Assembly: GCA_040954595.2 (NCBI GenBank)
Contig: CM082577.2
Coordinates: 4,638,301-4,702,300, forward strand
Source of the DNA: Balanoglossus misakiensis
Taxonomy: Eukaryota; Animalia; Hemichordata
Direction: 5' to 3'
DNA length: 64,000 nucleotides
The notes beneath the pieces are model-generated. The model was not told the DNA's origin and did not search any database. It saw only the letters and a program-made list of their open reading frames with translations. Both the position numbers and the translations under genes were made by a program. Positions 23,604 through 38,367 of this stretch are shown piece by piece; position 1 is the stretch's first letter, and the number at the start of each line of letters is the position of its first letter.

Positions 23604-26600
23604 AACTGTGAGTCCGATGGACATTATGAAATTGATTCAGATACACTGGGAGCACGTTTTGTCGAGGAGAAAGAGGGAAGCAAAAATAGAGAGTTATTTT
23701 GGGCTTTTTTTCGCCCGCATATAGGTTGCACTACTACGGTTAAAAACGCGGTGTAGAACCGCTAGATTTGTGCCTTAATGAACGTACAGTTAACTTAATT
23801 AACTTCATTGCCGTTTTCTATTGATCGTTGGTAGTTCGAACACTTCACGTTTGACAAACGCCACAATAACGATCGATATCATATAACACGTGAATATTAG
23901 CCGAACCAGCGATGTTTTTCTTTTTTTTTTTGTTACTCGAAACTATAGTGCTATTTCAGTAGCGCTTCGACAGCATTTTAACGAACATTTGAGCCTACTT
24001 ACACGAAATTCCCTGTCTCGATCTCTGAAAATAAAACTGCTGTATTCCGATTGCATCTGTTCGCATATTGCTGTCAAATCAGGTCGCAATATTGTTACAC
24101 TTAATCGTATGATCTGTTGCTGTACCTTTGAAGCACGGGTATAATTCCAGACTTCTCGTGAAAACAGACCCAAAAAATGTCATATATGGACCTGTACTTT
24201 TCGACCAGATCACTGATATGAGTGTATCGTATGTATTTATCTTAACTTTTTGGAATAATCATATTATTATTGTTATAAGAATGGATTCGTTTATTTTCAT
24301 CTGTTATTCCTAGACCACTCGACTCCCGACAACATCGCAACGATAATTCTATTCTCTACACACATATAGGCCTAATCAATCTGTCTTCTTTGTTGACATC
24401 TTTGGTGCGTGATCAGTTCGTTCATTTGTCCCTGTTTGAACATTTTTTTAAAAAGCTTCGTCGACTCTTCTCTAACGGTCACCAGCGAAGTGGTAATTTA
24501 TGCCGCATATTTTCCCTCCAAAATCAGAAAGATTAAAAATCGTCGATTCTGATTTTTAGCGAGGCAAAAATTCTGTATCCGCGACTTTATATCGGAAACG
24601 CAGTGTGGCGCCATTTTGTATTGGCATTTCCATTATCGCTAAGCTATCGTTATTGGATATCTACTCAATTCCTAGGTGGTGATTTCCGTGATTATATCCA
24701 ATTAGGAGAGTCGGACAACAATTTCTCGAGTACTAATGATATAATTTAGCACGTTTCTCCGGTAATTGCACATGTTTTTAGCCCCTTAGTTGATCTGGTT
24801 ATGATTTCTGATTGATAGGAATGTCCGCCAGGTCAACGGTAAGCGGGGATTCGCTATTTATCGGAATCGCCTCTCTCGCCCGGCTAGTAGTCTAATAAGT
24901 ATTATGTATTTCAAGTGCCGTAATCGGTGACGGAGATCTTGATAATTAATTTGCGGCAGATAAACCACCGCGATATCGTCCGATAGACACACCAAGTAGT
25001 ATACGGCCATTCACGTAAAGGGAAAAAACACAATGTTTTTTCTGCCATGATTAACCGTGAGCTATTCAAAGAACAGGGCAGTTGCCATATGTGAAAACGC
25101 GAAATTTAAACACCGCCATATTGGAAATTCAGGGCTATATTTGACAAAAGCCAATCTCGCATTATTTTGAAAAGGGATTCTCCTGTTAATTTTAAGGGGG
25201 AAAATAGATGCAAAAATACGTCTACGTTTCTTGTTTTTGCTTCAGAAATTGAGCGACCTCATTTGTATTGAATAGGCTTGGTTTTTTTTTGATATCACGA
25301 TAAATTTATCGCAGCTTCTCTGAACATATTGCGTTCCAATCGTTATATTCGAACATACCCGCAACATAGCGTTACTGGCAGAGTTATTATGTTAACACAT
25401 TCTTCCGCTGCGGAACATTTCGATATTTTGTTATCGTTTCTTACTTGTTCCCTTTTTAACCACATGTGCGGTTGGCTGATTTTCCCCGGTGATTTTTTTT
25501 CTCTCTCGAAAAGACATGGGCATCACAAACGCGATTCACATTACAAAGAAGGCGCGGAAGCAACAGGTTTAAGATTTTGTCTGCATGATTTTTTTTTCAA
25601 AATTGTTACCCACCTAGGCCATGTATCAGAGCGACCGCTCACGCAGGGTCGATTAGCCCGCTATATAAGCCTGCCTTCGAATAACTGTGCGAATCCGAGG
25701 AGGGCGGTCATTGGGACAATCCACGCTAATCGTCGCCGTTGTTCTAAAGTTAAAACCCAATTCGGGCATTGTTAGCGCGCAGACAGATTTTGTTGAATGT
25801 AATTACCGACTCGGTGCCGGTTAATTTAGCAATGGAGTGTTAATCACATCAAACCCTGCTTTCCTATTGTACGGCATTGTTATGTAAATATCACGTAGAT
25901 ATTCCTGCTGTTAAATTTCAATAATATTTTGAAGGGGGGGGGGGGGGGGGGGGGACATGCAGACACAATTGAAAGATCACGGCCATTTTGTTGGTTGCAG
26001 ATTCATGCAGAAAACGGCAGAGTAGACGATTGCTGGGACAGACCCCTAGGCCCTCTGTGTAGAAATATTGGTTGTTGGTTTGGCCGAGATGGTCGGTTTT
26101 AATCATCACACCGTTACTTGCAGTGAGCACGGTGGAATTTCAGGAGTTTCTCATAATTTTAAAACGACGATTTTACCTCTCCAGACTGGCAGCTTACCCC
26201 CCCCCCCCAAGTTTCCGCTATATTGATATAAATATTGTTGTTTCACGGACCAAAGTAGAGAAATAATCATCAAAAGTTATGGCTGCTGTCCCTGTACGAA
26301 TATCGCTTGATGACGTTGGTAGCAGGCTATTACGCGTTAAAGAACTCACCGTAAACTTTAAACCTACGTATACATACACATTACAAATTACATACACACC
26401 TACTGCCTAATAACATATTGCAAGTATAGGCCACTCTTTCCGTTGCATACCAAAAGCTTCTCCCCCGCTGTCCGTGCCTACACAGATTTACAACCACTGA
26501 CCTTTAATTCATGAGAGATGTTGTAGAAATTGTTCGATTGATTGTCTGGTTTGTTCGTATGGTTGGTTGGTTAATTGACTGGTTGGGTGAGTGACTGACA

Positions 26601-26782
26601 GAATGGTTAACTGTGCTGGCTGAATTAGAGATCTGGAGTGGTCCGTTGATAAGTATGCGGACGATAGTTCTGCCTCCATCCGTAGAGCTGATTGAGAAGT
26701 TTCTCGGGGTATGATTTAGTTAGTTAGTTAGTTAGTTAGTAAGTTAACTACAGGACCGGATCGGCTGACTTTCAATAATTGA

Positions 26783-27044
<262 letters not shown>

Positions 27045-30000
27045 CTTAATCAATCTATCCATAAAATCAATCAATCAAATAACGTAATAAAGAAAAAAAT
27101 CGGTATATCAACTGCAGCCTATAGATAGTACTTCCAAAAATCGTGCAGGATATTTACGACTTTGCGTGTAAACAATGTAAACAAACCATGTGAACCTTGA
27201 AAAAGACTAAACATTGTGTTTGTATTCACTTAAATATCCACTGAAGTTTTATTTGTTTCTCGGGCACGATATCATTGCCTTTATAAATGGGCTGCTCGTA
27301 CACCTCTGTAATTTGGGGATTTCGTATTTTTCCTCACACACACAAATTGTCGGATATTCAGATCCTGCTATTATCCGAGCGGCCTCGCTATACGAACAGT
27401 TGTGTTGCGGAAGCCGAAAACGAAAAAAAAGATATCCAGACGGTCGCGGGTATGCCACCGATGGTTGTAACTGACAGACCGGATTTAGAGACCGAACACT
27501 TGACTACCATCAAAAAATATCCGTAGCATTATGTGTCGGACGCAAAGACACGTGTTCGACTTGATGGAGTCAACGCCCACTACCCTCAACATTATCACGC
27601 GAAAAAAAAAAGTCAGACGATTTTTGAAAGGGCGGGAACCACTACCGTGACGATAACAAAGTGTGTACGAGCGGCCACTTGACGATGTGTATTTTGTTTC
27701 GAATCATTAAATGGATCGCCGGGTGTACCGTCCGGCATTTCACAACACCGATGTTTCAGGCCAACCTCGTCAGCGACTGGAGATGGGCATGTCCTGTACT
27801 AAAAAACAGCGTCGATGTGTACGTGCCGGTGAGCTGAGAGAGCTTGTTCGTTCTCTACGAAGTAACTCTTTGTGTCGGAGGCCATCGCTGTACATGTTCA
27901 CCCCGTCGGGGTTTTTTTATTACACGCCGACCCTAAAATGTTTTCACCACTGACATTGTATTTTCAGGGCACAATCTGGTGAAACAGCCACTGGCAGCTC
28001 ACAAGTTTTTGAATCCGTTGTTTAACCCAACCGGATGGCAAAACAATGCCAGAAACAATTCAATGAGACATTCTTCTCATTCATTTCAATTTAAATACAC
28101 CGACGAAATGTGCAGAATTTTTTTTCTCCAAAATAACTATGTCATCCCATTCTCACCTTTTTGTCGTTAGGACATATTGATCAGTGACATCATTCTTTCT
28201 TTTGCCTTGACAACCTCCTGTTTCTCATTTGGCAAATGACAAAAGAAATCGTAAAATACTGAATAAAGCGGGCAAGATTTTGGCAACAACGAGGTTCATT
28301 AAAGACCACGGGATTATGAAAACATTGAATGTTCTTCGATCATTTTAGAGGCTATGCATAGAATTTGAGTATTAATAGAAAATGTGATATCAAATGAGGC
28401 CGAGAAAACAAGATGGTGTTATTCACAATTTTACTCTATCTGATAAAGGTACAGATGACAGACTACAGAACCTTTGGTCCCACGAAAGAGTGGGGAAACC
28501 CGACTCCCCGGTAAAGACACTAAAATATTAGGATATGCAAGATCGATACATCATGGACCGCGAATACCAGTATGTGTATGCTGCAAACGGCGTACTAGTC
28601 CACAGTTCGGTGCTTAAGTTTTCGAACAGAGAAAAGTAACTGGTAGCTATTGCAGCACCTGTCATAATAGAGTTGTTCAAACAGCACAATGATATCCACT
28701 CTTATGCACCGTTCACAGACCAGCAAAAATTACCCAATACATGATCAAATATTTTGTTTTCTTTGGTTAATACGCTGAGGACGCCAGTCGTGTCTGTGAC
28801 TTCCTCGTCCGCGGGTCCCAGTTGTAGACGGCCTGTTCTCCGCCTAACCCGAGTTTTTACCCGTTCCTTTTCATTTCTGTATGTTTCTCCGTAAACTGTG
28901 TCTATGCATCTTACTTATGTTGCTTTTAACCCTATTTTCATTCTTATCCACTGTTTTCTTGGTATAGCTGCGAGATTGTTACGGTATTTGCGAATCTCTG
29001 GGTGCGTCTGGACCACTTATTTCTCTTTCCCATCAGTCTCTCTGCGGTAGTGGGCTGTTCCTGGTTCCATCTTTCTCCGTATCTCCACAGTCGTTTGTCT
29101 ATTTATTGTTTACTATTTATTTATGCCTCCACGCTATCGTGTTTATGCTTTTTTACTCCCTGCCTATCTATCCCTCTATCCCCCTAGCTGTTAAATCGTG
29201 TTTCTGTCCCAAGTCCTCAACCGTACAGAAACCTCACACGAGATCTCACCCACCGCCTGAAAACGACCGCCCTCCCATAACACCCCAACTGCACATCACT
29301 ACGCCTGTCAGTAGTCACTAACTGCCAGACTTTGTTATGAATCGGCATCAATTCAACCTCCACAAGTTTCTCCAACAAATCTACCTTTCATTTACATAAT
29401 CAGTGTCCGATTTTTTAATGATGAATACGAACTGTTAACTTTTAATTAAACCGTGTGTAGGGGCTTATTCATAAATTTCCGCCCTTTGTGTCTGTTTTTC
29501 CCTCTTTGATATTACACTGTAGGCTGGTTCCGGTGACTGGATGGAAAACGGCGATATAACCATATTGCCGTGAGTAATTTCAATTCAGACAAAGTCATAT
29601 TTTTGCCAAACATATGGCAATACTTGAGTTTTCTATTACTCCAACTCGTAAGTGTATAGAAATCGCTGCCTGTCATGAATGCAACGAGAAATGTCCAAAT
29701 GAAAGAAAAAAATGTTTTGTTGATGAATTCTAACGAACGAACGAGTGATTTTCTCGTCATCCGGGTACCTAACGCATCGCGAAGACGACATCGCAGGGTC
29801 GGCGACAAGCGTAGCATCTCGACATCGTTTGTGTCTCACCCGGGTGAAATGACCTATGACCTATCACTGGGTGCGAGCCGACCTCCTCCACAACGCGCCG
29901 TATGTGCGCGGAGGGCATTCTTGTAGACGCGTTGATAATCCGCGCACATACTTGTCACTATGGCGTTAATGGTGCGCGCCCCGAACAATGACGCAGTCAA

Positions 30001-33000
30001 ATGAAGCTCCTCACAACCGCTTTTTAATTAACTCTGAACCTACCGTTCTGATATTGCAACAGTTCACAGCTTCAACAGAGAAAGGAAATTTTTAATTGTT
30101 CCGAAGAATAACATTCACACTCACGTTTTGAAATGAAAATTGATTTCTGATGTGCGAGCTTATGGCATCACCCGTTTGGCGTGATGGCGTTTGTTTGATC
30201 CCGTCGTCCATCTGTGAGTGCGCACTTTGTTTCTCCGTCATCGCGTGACCTTTTTTTGGCCAGCTGAAGAAAAATCTACATTATTATGATAAAAGTGAAT
30301 TACGAAGCTTTGTCAATAATAAATAAATAAACAAATAAAAACGTCTAACGAAAATGTGTATACTTCCGAATAAATGTCGCTGTCATGAAGTTGTTTTCTG
30401 TCGACCTGCGCGTGACGTTAGAATGACCCCCCCCCCCCCCCCCCTTCCGAGGTTTCATATAGCCACACAAATCGTTGGGGGCGTTGCTTAGCAAAATAGA
30501 AAGGTCGGTAGCGTGTTTTTTTAATCCGTCGGAGCAAAAACAGGGTCGGTATAAACACGAGAAACAGAGGTCATTCTCGAGCAGTCCTTCAGTAAGCTTA
30601 AGATTTTCTCGAGCCATTGAGTGACCCCCAGTTTAATCATTATGCAGCCACGGCACGCGACAACAGCGAGTAAACGACGTGCTTTCAAGCAAAGTAATGA
30701 CGTATAATATACTCTAGTGGCAGCCAAAGGGTGTACATTCTGACATAATCACTCCAGCGCGTCGCGCGGCATTCTCCGGCGACCATGCCCAGGTGACATG
30801 GGTGCCGGGATCGAGGCGAGGCTGCGATATGGCCACGCGAGAGCCGACAGCGACCCTAGCGACGAGACCATGTGGCATTCTGGGACAACAATGCAGCAGT
30901 ATGGTCTAAACAAAAACTCAACTTGGTCGAACAATGGAACGGTCATGCGTGCCATCGTCAGCAACCAGGCAATGAGTTCGGTACTACGCAGGCGATATCA
31001 GTGAAATGTGGGTTCGTGCCTGTAACCAAGTGAGCATATGGTTCTCACATTGGGTTCTTGCCCAAGGCATCTAACTGCAAATATGTAAATAGAAAATAAA
31101 TACACGTCAGTATAAATTGTCCCTGAGTAAGTTGTGATTTGACCGACTTTGACGGGCTGCTGTCCGAATTCTGCCATTGTTACTGTATTTTCCCTAGTAT
31201 ACATGCATGTAGTTACATTCCTGATAGCAAGCAGGAACACGACGTGACATCCTCGAAATCGTCCTGGGTTGGCACACGTATAAGATTTGACGCATGGTCA
31301 CCTTGACTGCGCAGTCTGTCAACCCAATCCGAGTCAGAGAGACAAGCGTAAACAGAATCACAATTGACTTTTAAAGAGCATCTTGTACAAGTCTTCAATT
31401 ATCGCACATGCGTTCACTACACAAATAAACTAATCTAGGCGAAAGTGAACTGCACAAAACAGCCATCAACTGATCAAAAGAGACATTTTACAGCACATTT
31501 GTTCGTATGTACACTCGTAACCGCCGACTCACTTTTATCCCACAAAATGGAAATAAACACCCCTTACTTGTCTAGGTCATTAAATCGTGTATATCGCCCT
31601 ACCTACCCAGACTGCTAAATACGTGGGACGTTTTGAAATGAATGGCGAAATATGGGATGCAAATGCTGGCGTCCATTTGTGACTTGGGACATGTCTATAA
31701 CTTCCCATGCCCTCCGCAAAGTGTAGGATAATTTATACAGAAGAATCAAACAAAAAATAGGACCGACTGATCAAAACTCTCGAGCTAAACATCTTGCTGT
31801 TCATCGCCATGGTAATGATAGTCTTTCTCTGACAAACGTCAACTTACGACTAGAGTACGTACTACGGATTATCATAACATTGCAGTGCCCGCAAATTTAA
31901 CAAAATTCGGATTACAGAGTCTGATAATGAGTGGAGATGACCGCCTGGGCGCGAGTAACAACACCATTAAATCTGTATTAATATGCCATCTCTTTTGTCT
32001 CTGAGCAAACCGCTCAAGTACATCTGTCAATTGCCGACAATTGTTGCACACTTGTCCTATACTTGGCAACCATGTCGTTAATTGCGTTAATTGGACAAAA
32101 GTACCCGAGTCGCGCTCTCGTCTTTGTAATAAGCCCTGCGTATGGTTGCTATCTAAAAACATGGTTAATTGCAGTATAATCGAGAGATCATGCAAACGCA
32201 TTGATGAAGTACACTTAATGGTCTAATTAGTGAATTAACGGTAGTATGTCTTTCAAAGTACCAAAAACGATAGAGGCAGAGAATCGTATAATTTTACTTT
32301 AAGATTAAAAAGTCGCCAATATGTTTTCTATCGCCATTTATTTTGATACTGATTATTTAGGGAAACATTTGAAGCCAGTTAACAACAATATATTGCTCAC
32401 TTACCAGAATAGGTTTGTATATTTATAATGTTACCGGTAAAACTGACTGCAGCTGATAAGAAGCAGCTCAGTACATAATACATTGATTTCCAGACATCTC
32501 GCTGTTTGGTGTGTTGTTTTTGCCTTTAGATGCGTTTACCAAGTCAATTAATTAATGTTTGCAATTAACATAGTAAATTTAGGAACTCATTCGCAATTCT
32601 ATTCTAGTTAGTAAACAATATAGCGTTTTACTGTTGTCAGAATCAGTAATGTTGTTCCTTCCACAATATACGGTAAACGCGATCTACATTAGGGCCTATA
32701 ATCTACAAATTAAAGTATCAGACGATTTGAATGACCCACAAAAAAGTCTTGGTCACGTATATAGTTTGACGTTGATAGAGTACTGGAGGAAGTCCTTGAA
32801 ATCCACTCTAATTCCCGACGCCTCCATGCGACAGTCACGTAAAAAACCTTCGAAGTCTGAATGATAATCACACTAGCCGCTGCGGCCAGCGTTATGACAA
32901 CGAGGAAATGCGCAGTTCATCTCTAGTCCGGGGCAAAGTGTGATTACCTCATGCTCATGGCGCGGCCCATACATATAACTTCCCATGCTTCTGATCGCGC

Positions 33001-33331
33001 ACGTTGGCGATGTCTACAATTGCGGTTTAACGAGAGTGTTTTTTTTACCTCTCAGTTGGCTCCAATGCAGTAAATCGCCGCCACAGATAACAATGCACCC
33101 GTAAAGGATATTGAAATAAGTCCGACTTAAGTAACGAACGGCCCGGGGGCCTAGGGTATGATACTTTTCTGTCCCACTCCCATGCATATAATACATGTGG
33201 GTAGCTGCTGGCAATGATTATGTGTGTTAACGGACCATTCCATAAATAAACGACAGTCGAATACATGTAGTCGTCATTTACACGATGTTACCATTTTCGA
33301 AATTATTGTACTTTTTGAAAACTTCGCTTCC

Positions 33332-33369
33332 CATGGGAGCGACGATGTCACATGGGAGCGACGATGTCA
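33332..33369. repeat. Perfect 19-bp tandem duplication (CATGGGAGCGACGATGTCA x2)
   Basis: Directly visible. Confidence 0.9.
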
Positions 33370-36300
33370 CGTGACACCCCGAGCGTTTGTGAGTGACGCT
33401 GAGAACTGCACGAAACATATTAATCACATGTTAATTGTTATCGAAACAGCATTAATAAAAAAACACGTGTTATTGACAGAAAAGTAAGTATAACCACGTC
33501 ACAAAAATCATGCGCCGTCTTCTTCGGGATTCACGGGGTTTTCGCAGACGACATATTTTGTCTTGCTTTGCCGCCAAAATGTGCAGTCTTCGTTAAGTTT
33601 TAACTTCGCTCACGGCAAATTGTACCCCCGAATTACCCCCTGAAAATGAGTCTGAAAGGAGTGGCTGATTTTATGACCAATTATTGATATTACGTGAGTA
33701 CCGAAGATTTAAATAGACATAAAATAAACGTTTAGCCATTCAAGGCTTACCATAAAATAGATTTTAACGAGTTTTTATTTAATTATTAAACGGCAACAGA
33801 GCGTTTGCAGTTTTGTTACAGACTGCAAAAAATACGCCAACGTCACTTTATCGCTGGCATTTATTCCTCACTTTCAAGAAGTCGGAGAAAAGACTGCGGT
33901 AGTCCTGGCAACGCACTACCGGTCCTCGGACACTGCAGGGACCCACCTACGTAGATATCCGATTTCTTTTTAATAGGATAAAGACCGATTATGTTTTAAA
34001 GTTGTTGCAGATTTTCACGCTACCCCGGGCGTTGATGTGTGGTGTTAGCTGCTGTTACTCATAGGGGAAAAAAGAGATTCATAATCCGCTTTTTACAGCG
34101 GGGCAGGCCTCCAATAAAAGGCGAATAATGAACGATTATAGAAGTGCAAGAGCTCACCATAAGGAGCTCCCTGAAAAGTCAAAACAGCGACAAGGGCGGC
34201 GCCTTTTCCGCGCCCGCTCAGGCAGAAAACGTCATCGTGGAGAGTCATTCAATGGCTCGCGAACACGTTAAACGGGTTGATGTTTTTGAGGTCAGTGCAA
34301 ACTGGTCTATACAAGTTGATAGCTGAACAAAAAGTCATTTCAGAATTTCCTCCAATGAAAACAAAAATATCCATGTCTCTAATTGTACGATCAGATGTTC
34401 GCTTGGGTGGCACTAAATTAGTTCAGATGCGTTGATCAGTTCATACTACATGTACGTGACAACTCGATCACAGAAAATGTCTCATCTATAAATGCTGATA
34501 TCCCCCCCCCCAAGATTTTAAGATTTTTAAGGAACTGTTTAATGGTTGTGTCATGTTATTTGCCTCGCCTCTTACAGTAATGCGTGTACGTATGTGTGTA
34601 TGTATGTATGCATTAATATGTTTGTGTGTGTGTGTCAGAGAGAAAGAGAGAGAGAGTGAGAGTGAGAGAAGCAGGGTCGGATTACTTTCAAAATTATGCT
34701 CAAAATCACCTATTCAGTGTACTGTCAATTGCCGTGTCTGGCATCAAATTGGTTGACTTGAAGATGACCATACAGTTTGCCACGAAATCATATGGACGCC
34801 TGGATGTAACATTGCACATTGTATACCGAGTCAAATAAAACACCTACACGCCTACAAAGGGTGAGCATTAAACAATGTTGGTCGCTATGATACCATTGAA
34901 AATACATTTAGAGAACCAGGACAATTAAAACGAGTCGTGTTCTAGTTTTTTTCACGGCCATGGTCTTTATACCACTAGGCTTGTTTTTTGCCCACTTGAT
35001 CTGTGTCAAATACCACCTGATCGTCGTGTTTTTAGTGTAAAGATGTATAGGACGAAGAAAAGGTCGATGGATGGACTGATGGACGGACAGACATACAGAT
35101 TTTTTTACATGGGCAGTTGTGAACTACTAACATGTATATCACTTCCATCACGATAAGTTTTGCTTTGAGTCGCAGCCTCGTCCCCAAGACGGAAATTCGT
35201 TACGAATCTGCCTGTCCTGCTAAAGGCTCATATTTTGCCAACAACTGACAGATCAAAACGAGTCTCTAGAGTAATTTTTCGTAAAATTCCAATTTTTGAT
35301 TAAATTGATCTAATAGTTGTTTCAGAAGATTATTTTTGTTTATCGAATAAATTGTTTAAACTGTGATTCTTTAAAAAGTCCAGGGCAGGTCTATTTTGAG
35401 CGATATTATACGCTACAACTCAATGCTTCAATAGGTCAAGTTCGAAATCCATCGGGTGCACACCCAAATTGACGACCGCGTACGTATCTCGAACTACGCG
35501 CATAGTGAGCGATATGTCTTAACGCCGCGCATTTACAAAGACTTGTCACAAGTTAATTGTTATAACAATTCTTTGCTGAAAAAATTAAAAACGTTTTGCT
35601 CGGCGGTTGTCACCTTCTTTTAATCATTCGAAGTTTCATCAACCGTTGAACGACGCTCGCGTTTCCATAGTAACCTTTTTTTATCTTCATATCATAGCGC
35701 TACACGTCACAGTCGTGTGGGGTTATTGAGGCTGCAGCATTTTGACAGGTTTACAGTCCCGGTAAACAATCATGGCGGACGGGAGGTCTCCTTCCATACT
35801 ACATGTACCACTTGAAGTGGGGCTCTGGTTCCTTGGATTATCGTCCAGTCGGCGTGTATTTCAAAGATCACCCCCGGGAAACAGAATCAACTCGTCGGCA
35901 CACAGTCGGTTCACCGAGAGAGAGAGAGAGACCACGTCCATGTAATAAATATAGGTGGTCTGGCACGAACGTTGATAAGCGTTTAATTACCATATAGTTA
36001 GGGGGCCTGGTGACTTTTCTTTCTCATGTATCAACAAGGTTGAATAGAAAGTGATTCATATGCAAATCAGCCTTCACTTACTCTGCACCGAACATATGGT
36101 TAAGCAAATAGCAATTTTATCATTTTAATACATTTTAATTGTCTGCGTTACAGAACTAGGCTTTTGTTATACGCGCAAAACGAACGAACCGTGAAATTTT
36201 ATTTATGTCGGGGCAGGACTCTAGAATAGGCAAAGCAAACGACGGAAGCTGTTGTAAAAAAAAGTTTTGACATGACAAACGTATGCAGTAAAGACAACAA

Positions 36301-36590
36301 GGTTTGGATTTTGCCGTTGGTTTTTTAAAATCATCGATATGATATGGTATGTTGTGGTATGGTGTATATGATATGGTGTGATGTGATGTGACGATACGAT
36401 ACGATATATAACATGTATTATATGACATGACATGATTTGATATGACATGATAAATAAAGGTAAACATTTAACCAAACACTGGTTCTAAACCGAATGTGAC
36501 ACTTTCGAAGTTCTGATTAATTCACGGGTGTTTGGGCAACTCTTTGAGTACTGAGGTCACGTCACCAACACGCCTGCATATTTCAACATA

Positions 36591-36774
36591 CAGTGAAATC
36601 TGTCATTAAGGACACCTCTCTAATCAGGACACCTGCCCGATTAAGGACAGATTTTTGAAGACAAAAGTTCCTGTTTGATTAGAATATTACCTGTCTATTA
36701 AGGACACCTCTGGGACCAGAAAAACTGTCCTTTATATAAATATAGAGAGTTGTTCGTTATAACAGGTTTCACTG
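36591..36774. mobile_element. Non-autonomous Tc1/mariner-pogo-type MITE
   Basis: TA|CAGTGAAATCTGT ... ACAGGTTTCACTG|TA: terminal inverted repeats with one mismatch, TA target duplication, and internal AAGGACACCT subrepeats. Confidence 0.8.
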
Positions 36775-38348
36775 TATGTGCACTGTTAAAGTAGGGCACT
36801 TTAGAAAGTTGGACACAATTTCGCAAATACACAAATTTAACAGCAGGAAACCTAATACATATTTCTGATGTCATGTTAACATACTTCCTCGACGGGAAAC
36901 TCGTTAGGCTTACAGCGTCACTATCTCGCGTCGGACATACACGCACGGTTGGATTGGATGGAGACATCCGATTGATCGTAAGGCGCAGCTTGGTCTCAAA
37001 ACTCTTCATTTAAGAATTTCGACAGTCAAATTTTACCAAAAAATAGCAGTATTCCCGCTGGTGCTCGTGTGAAAGTTCAACTCTGACAATTTTTTAATCC
37101 ACAAAGCTAATCTCAAGAGGATTTATTTGGCAGCGAACGGCATGCGACACTTCTCACGGTAGGAATAAAAAAACAGACAATTCCATGCAGTCAGCTGAAC
37201 AATTTTCCATGCTTTTCTTTTATTTTACGTCGCGGTGTTAAGTACAAATTTAATTCAAAGGAAGTGCGCTAATTCAACCGTTATCTTCAGCATTGAATGA
37301 TACGCGCGCGCGCGTTCTCTCGCACAAACCCCTGCTCAAAGCCGCGTTGTTTAATTAAATGTCACTTGCGTGTGGTGACAATGTCGAGAGCCGCTGATAT
37401 TGCAGCCATTGTCACTTCTGCAGGTTTGGTTGCGTCATCACCCGACGCCAAGTTTGTTAAGTTCCTCGTACTATAGTGCGTCCTGGTATGACCACTGAGA
37501 TGACGTCACGAAACGATAGAAAAAGTCTCCCTCTACTTTCTTATTCCGAATTGAATGACGAGATGAAATGACCAATAGTGGAAGCGAAGTGCGTTAACTC
37601 TTTGGAGAAAATTTAAAGTAGTGTTTTTTTAAATGAAAACAAGACGATGTTTTCCTTTTGTTTTCAAGCAAAAAATTCACAGGTTTGGAGAACTACAGAT
37701 TTTTTTTCTGAAAATCTCCCCCCCCCCCCCCCAGGCACGTACCTTAACACCAGAATACATTTAAAAATCGCCCCGCAATTTCCCGGGGCCGTCAATAATC
37801 GTTTGCGACTGCGCACCAACAATCATGATCCATTGTCGTTACACAGTCCTAGAAACTTCTTTTTGGACAAAGGTAACAGGCCTCCACGCTATCACTTGGT
37901 CATGATTATGACAATTTCATTACAGTCTGGAGTTTATGTGTCACTAAGACCCCTCCACAGATATCTGCCGGTCAGTGAAAGTTCGCAGAGCCACAGAAAG
38001 ACAAGTCGGGATGCTGACAACGCTCTTAAAACTTTTAGTCAACAACTATCAAATTTAATTTATTTGCTTATTAAATCTGGCTTTGGGGTAAATGTCGCCT
38101 CGAAGTTAATAGGTGCCCGCATACGCTCTGTATGTTTACCGCGCCGATCATTTATGCTGAACCAAATTATTTATACGGACACATTCTACCGTGTATATGG
38201 AAACACATAAAATGGGTTTTGTTGCACAGAGCCGACGCGCAGGCGCGATGGCAGAAGCGCCTCCGGCGGCGGCGAGAGAGAGATGATGTCGTCCAACATC
38301 TGCAAGTTTCGACCAGCAGTGCTCAATAATGTATGATGAAGCCCGCAC

Positions 38349-38367
38349 TAGCGCCAGCTAGAGGCGA
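38349..38367 (-). promoter_or_regulatory. CTCF-like motif (reverse)
   Basis: Minus strand TCGCCTCTAGCTGGCGCTA versus TGGCCACCAGGGGGCGCTA; one strong core mismatch. Confidence 0.4.

Noticed and set aside
23072-23655. Antisense ORFs over the bHLH gene
   Set aside because: Shadows of a GC-rich coding exon with no recognisable motifs.
30749-31004. GC-rich patch with short ORFs on both strands
   Set aside because: No recognisable domain or consistent splice partners; may be regulatory or a repeat remnant.
37647-38210. 187-aa ORF
   Set aside because: Runs through a poly-C tract, has non-coding-like composition and no motif.
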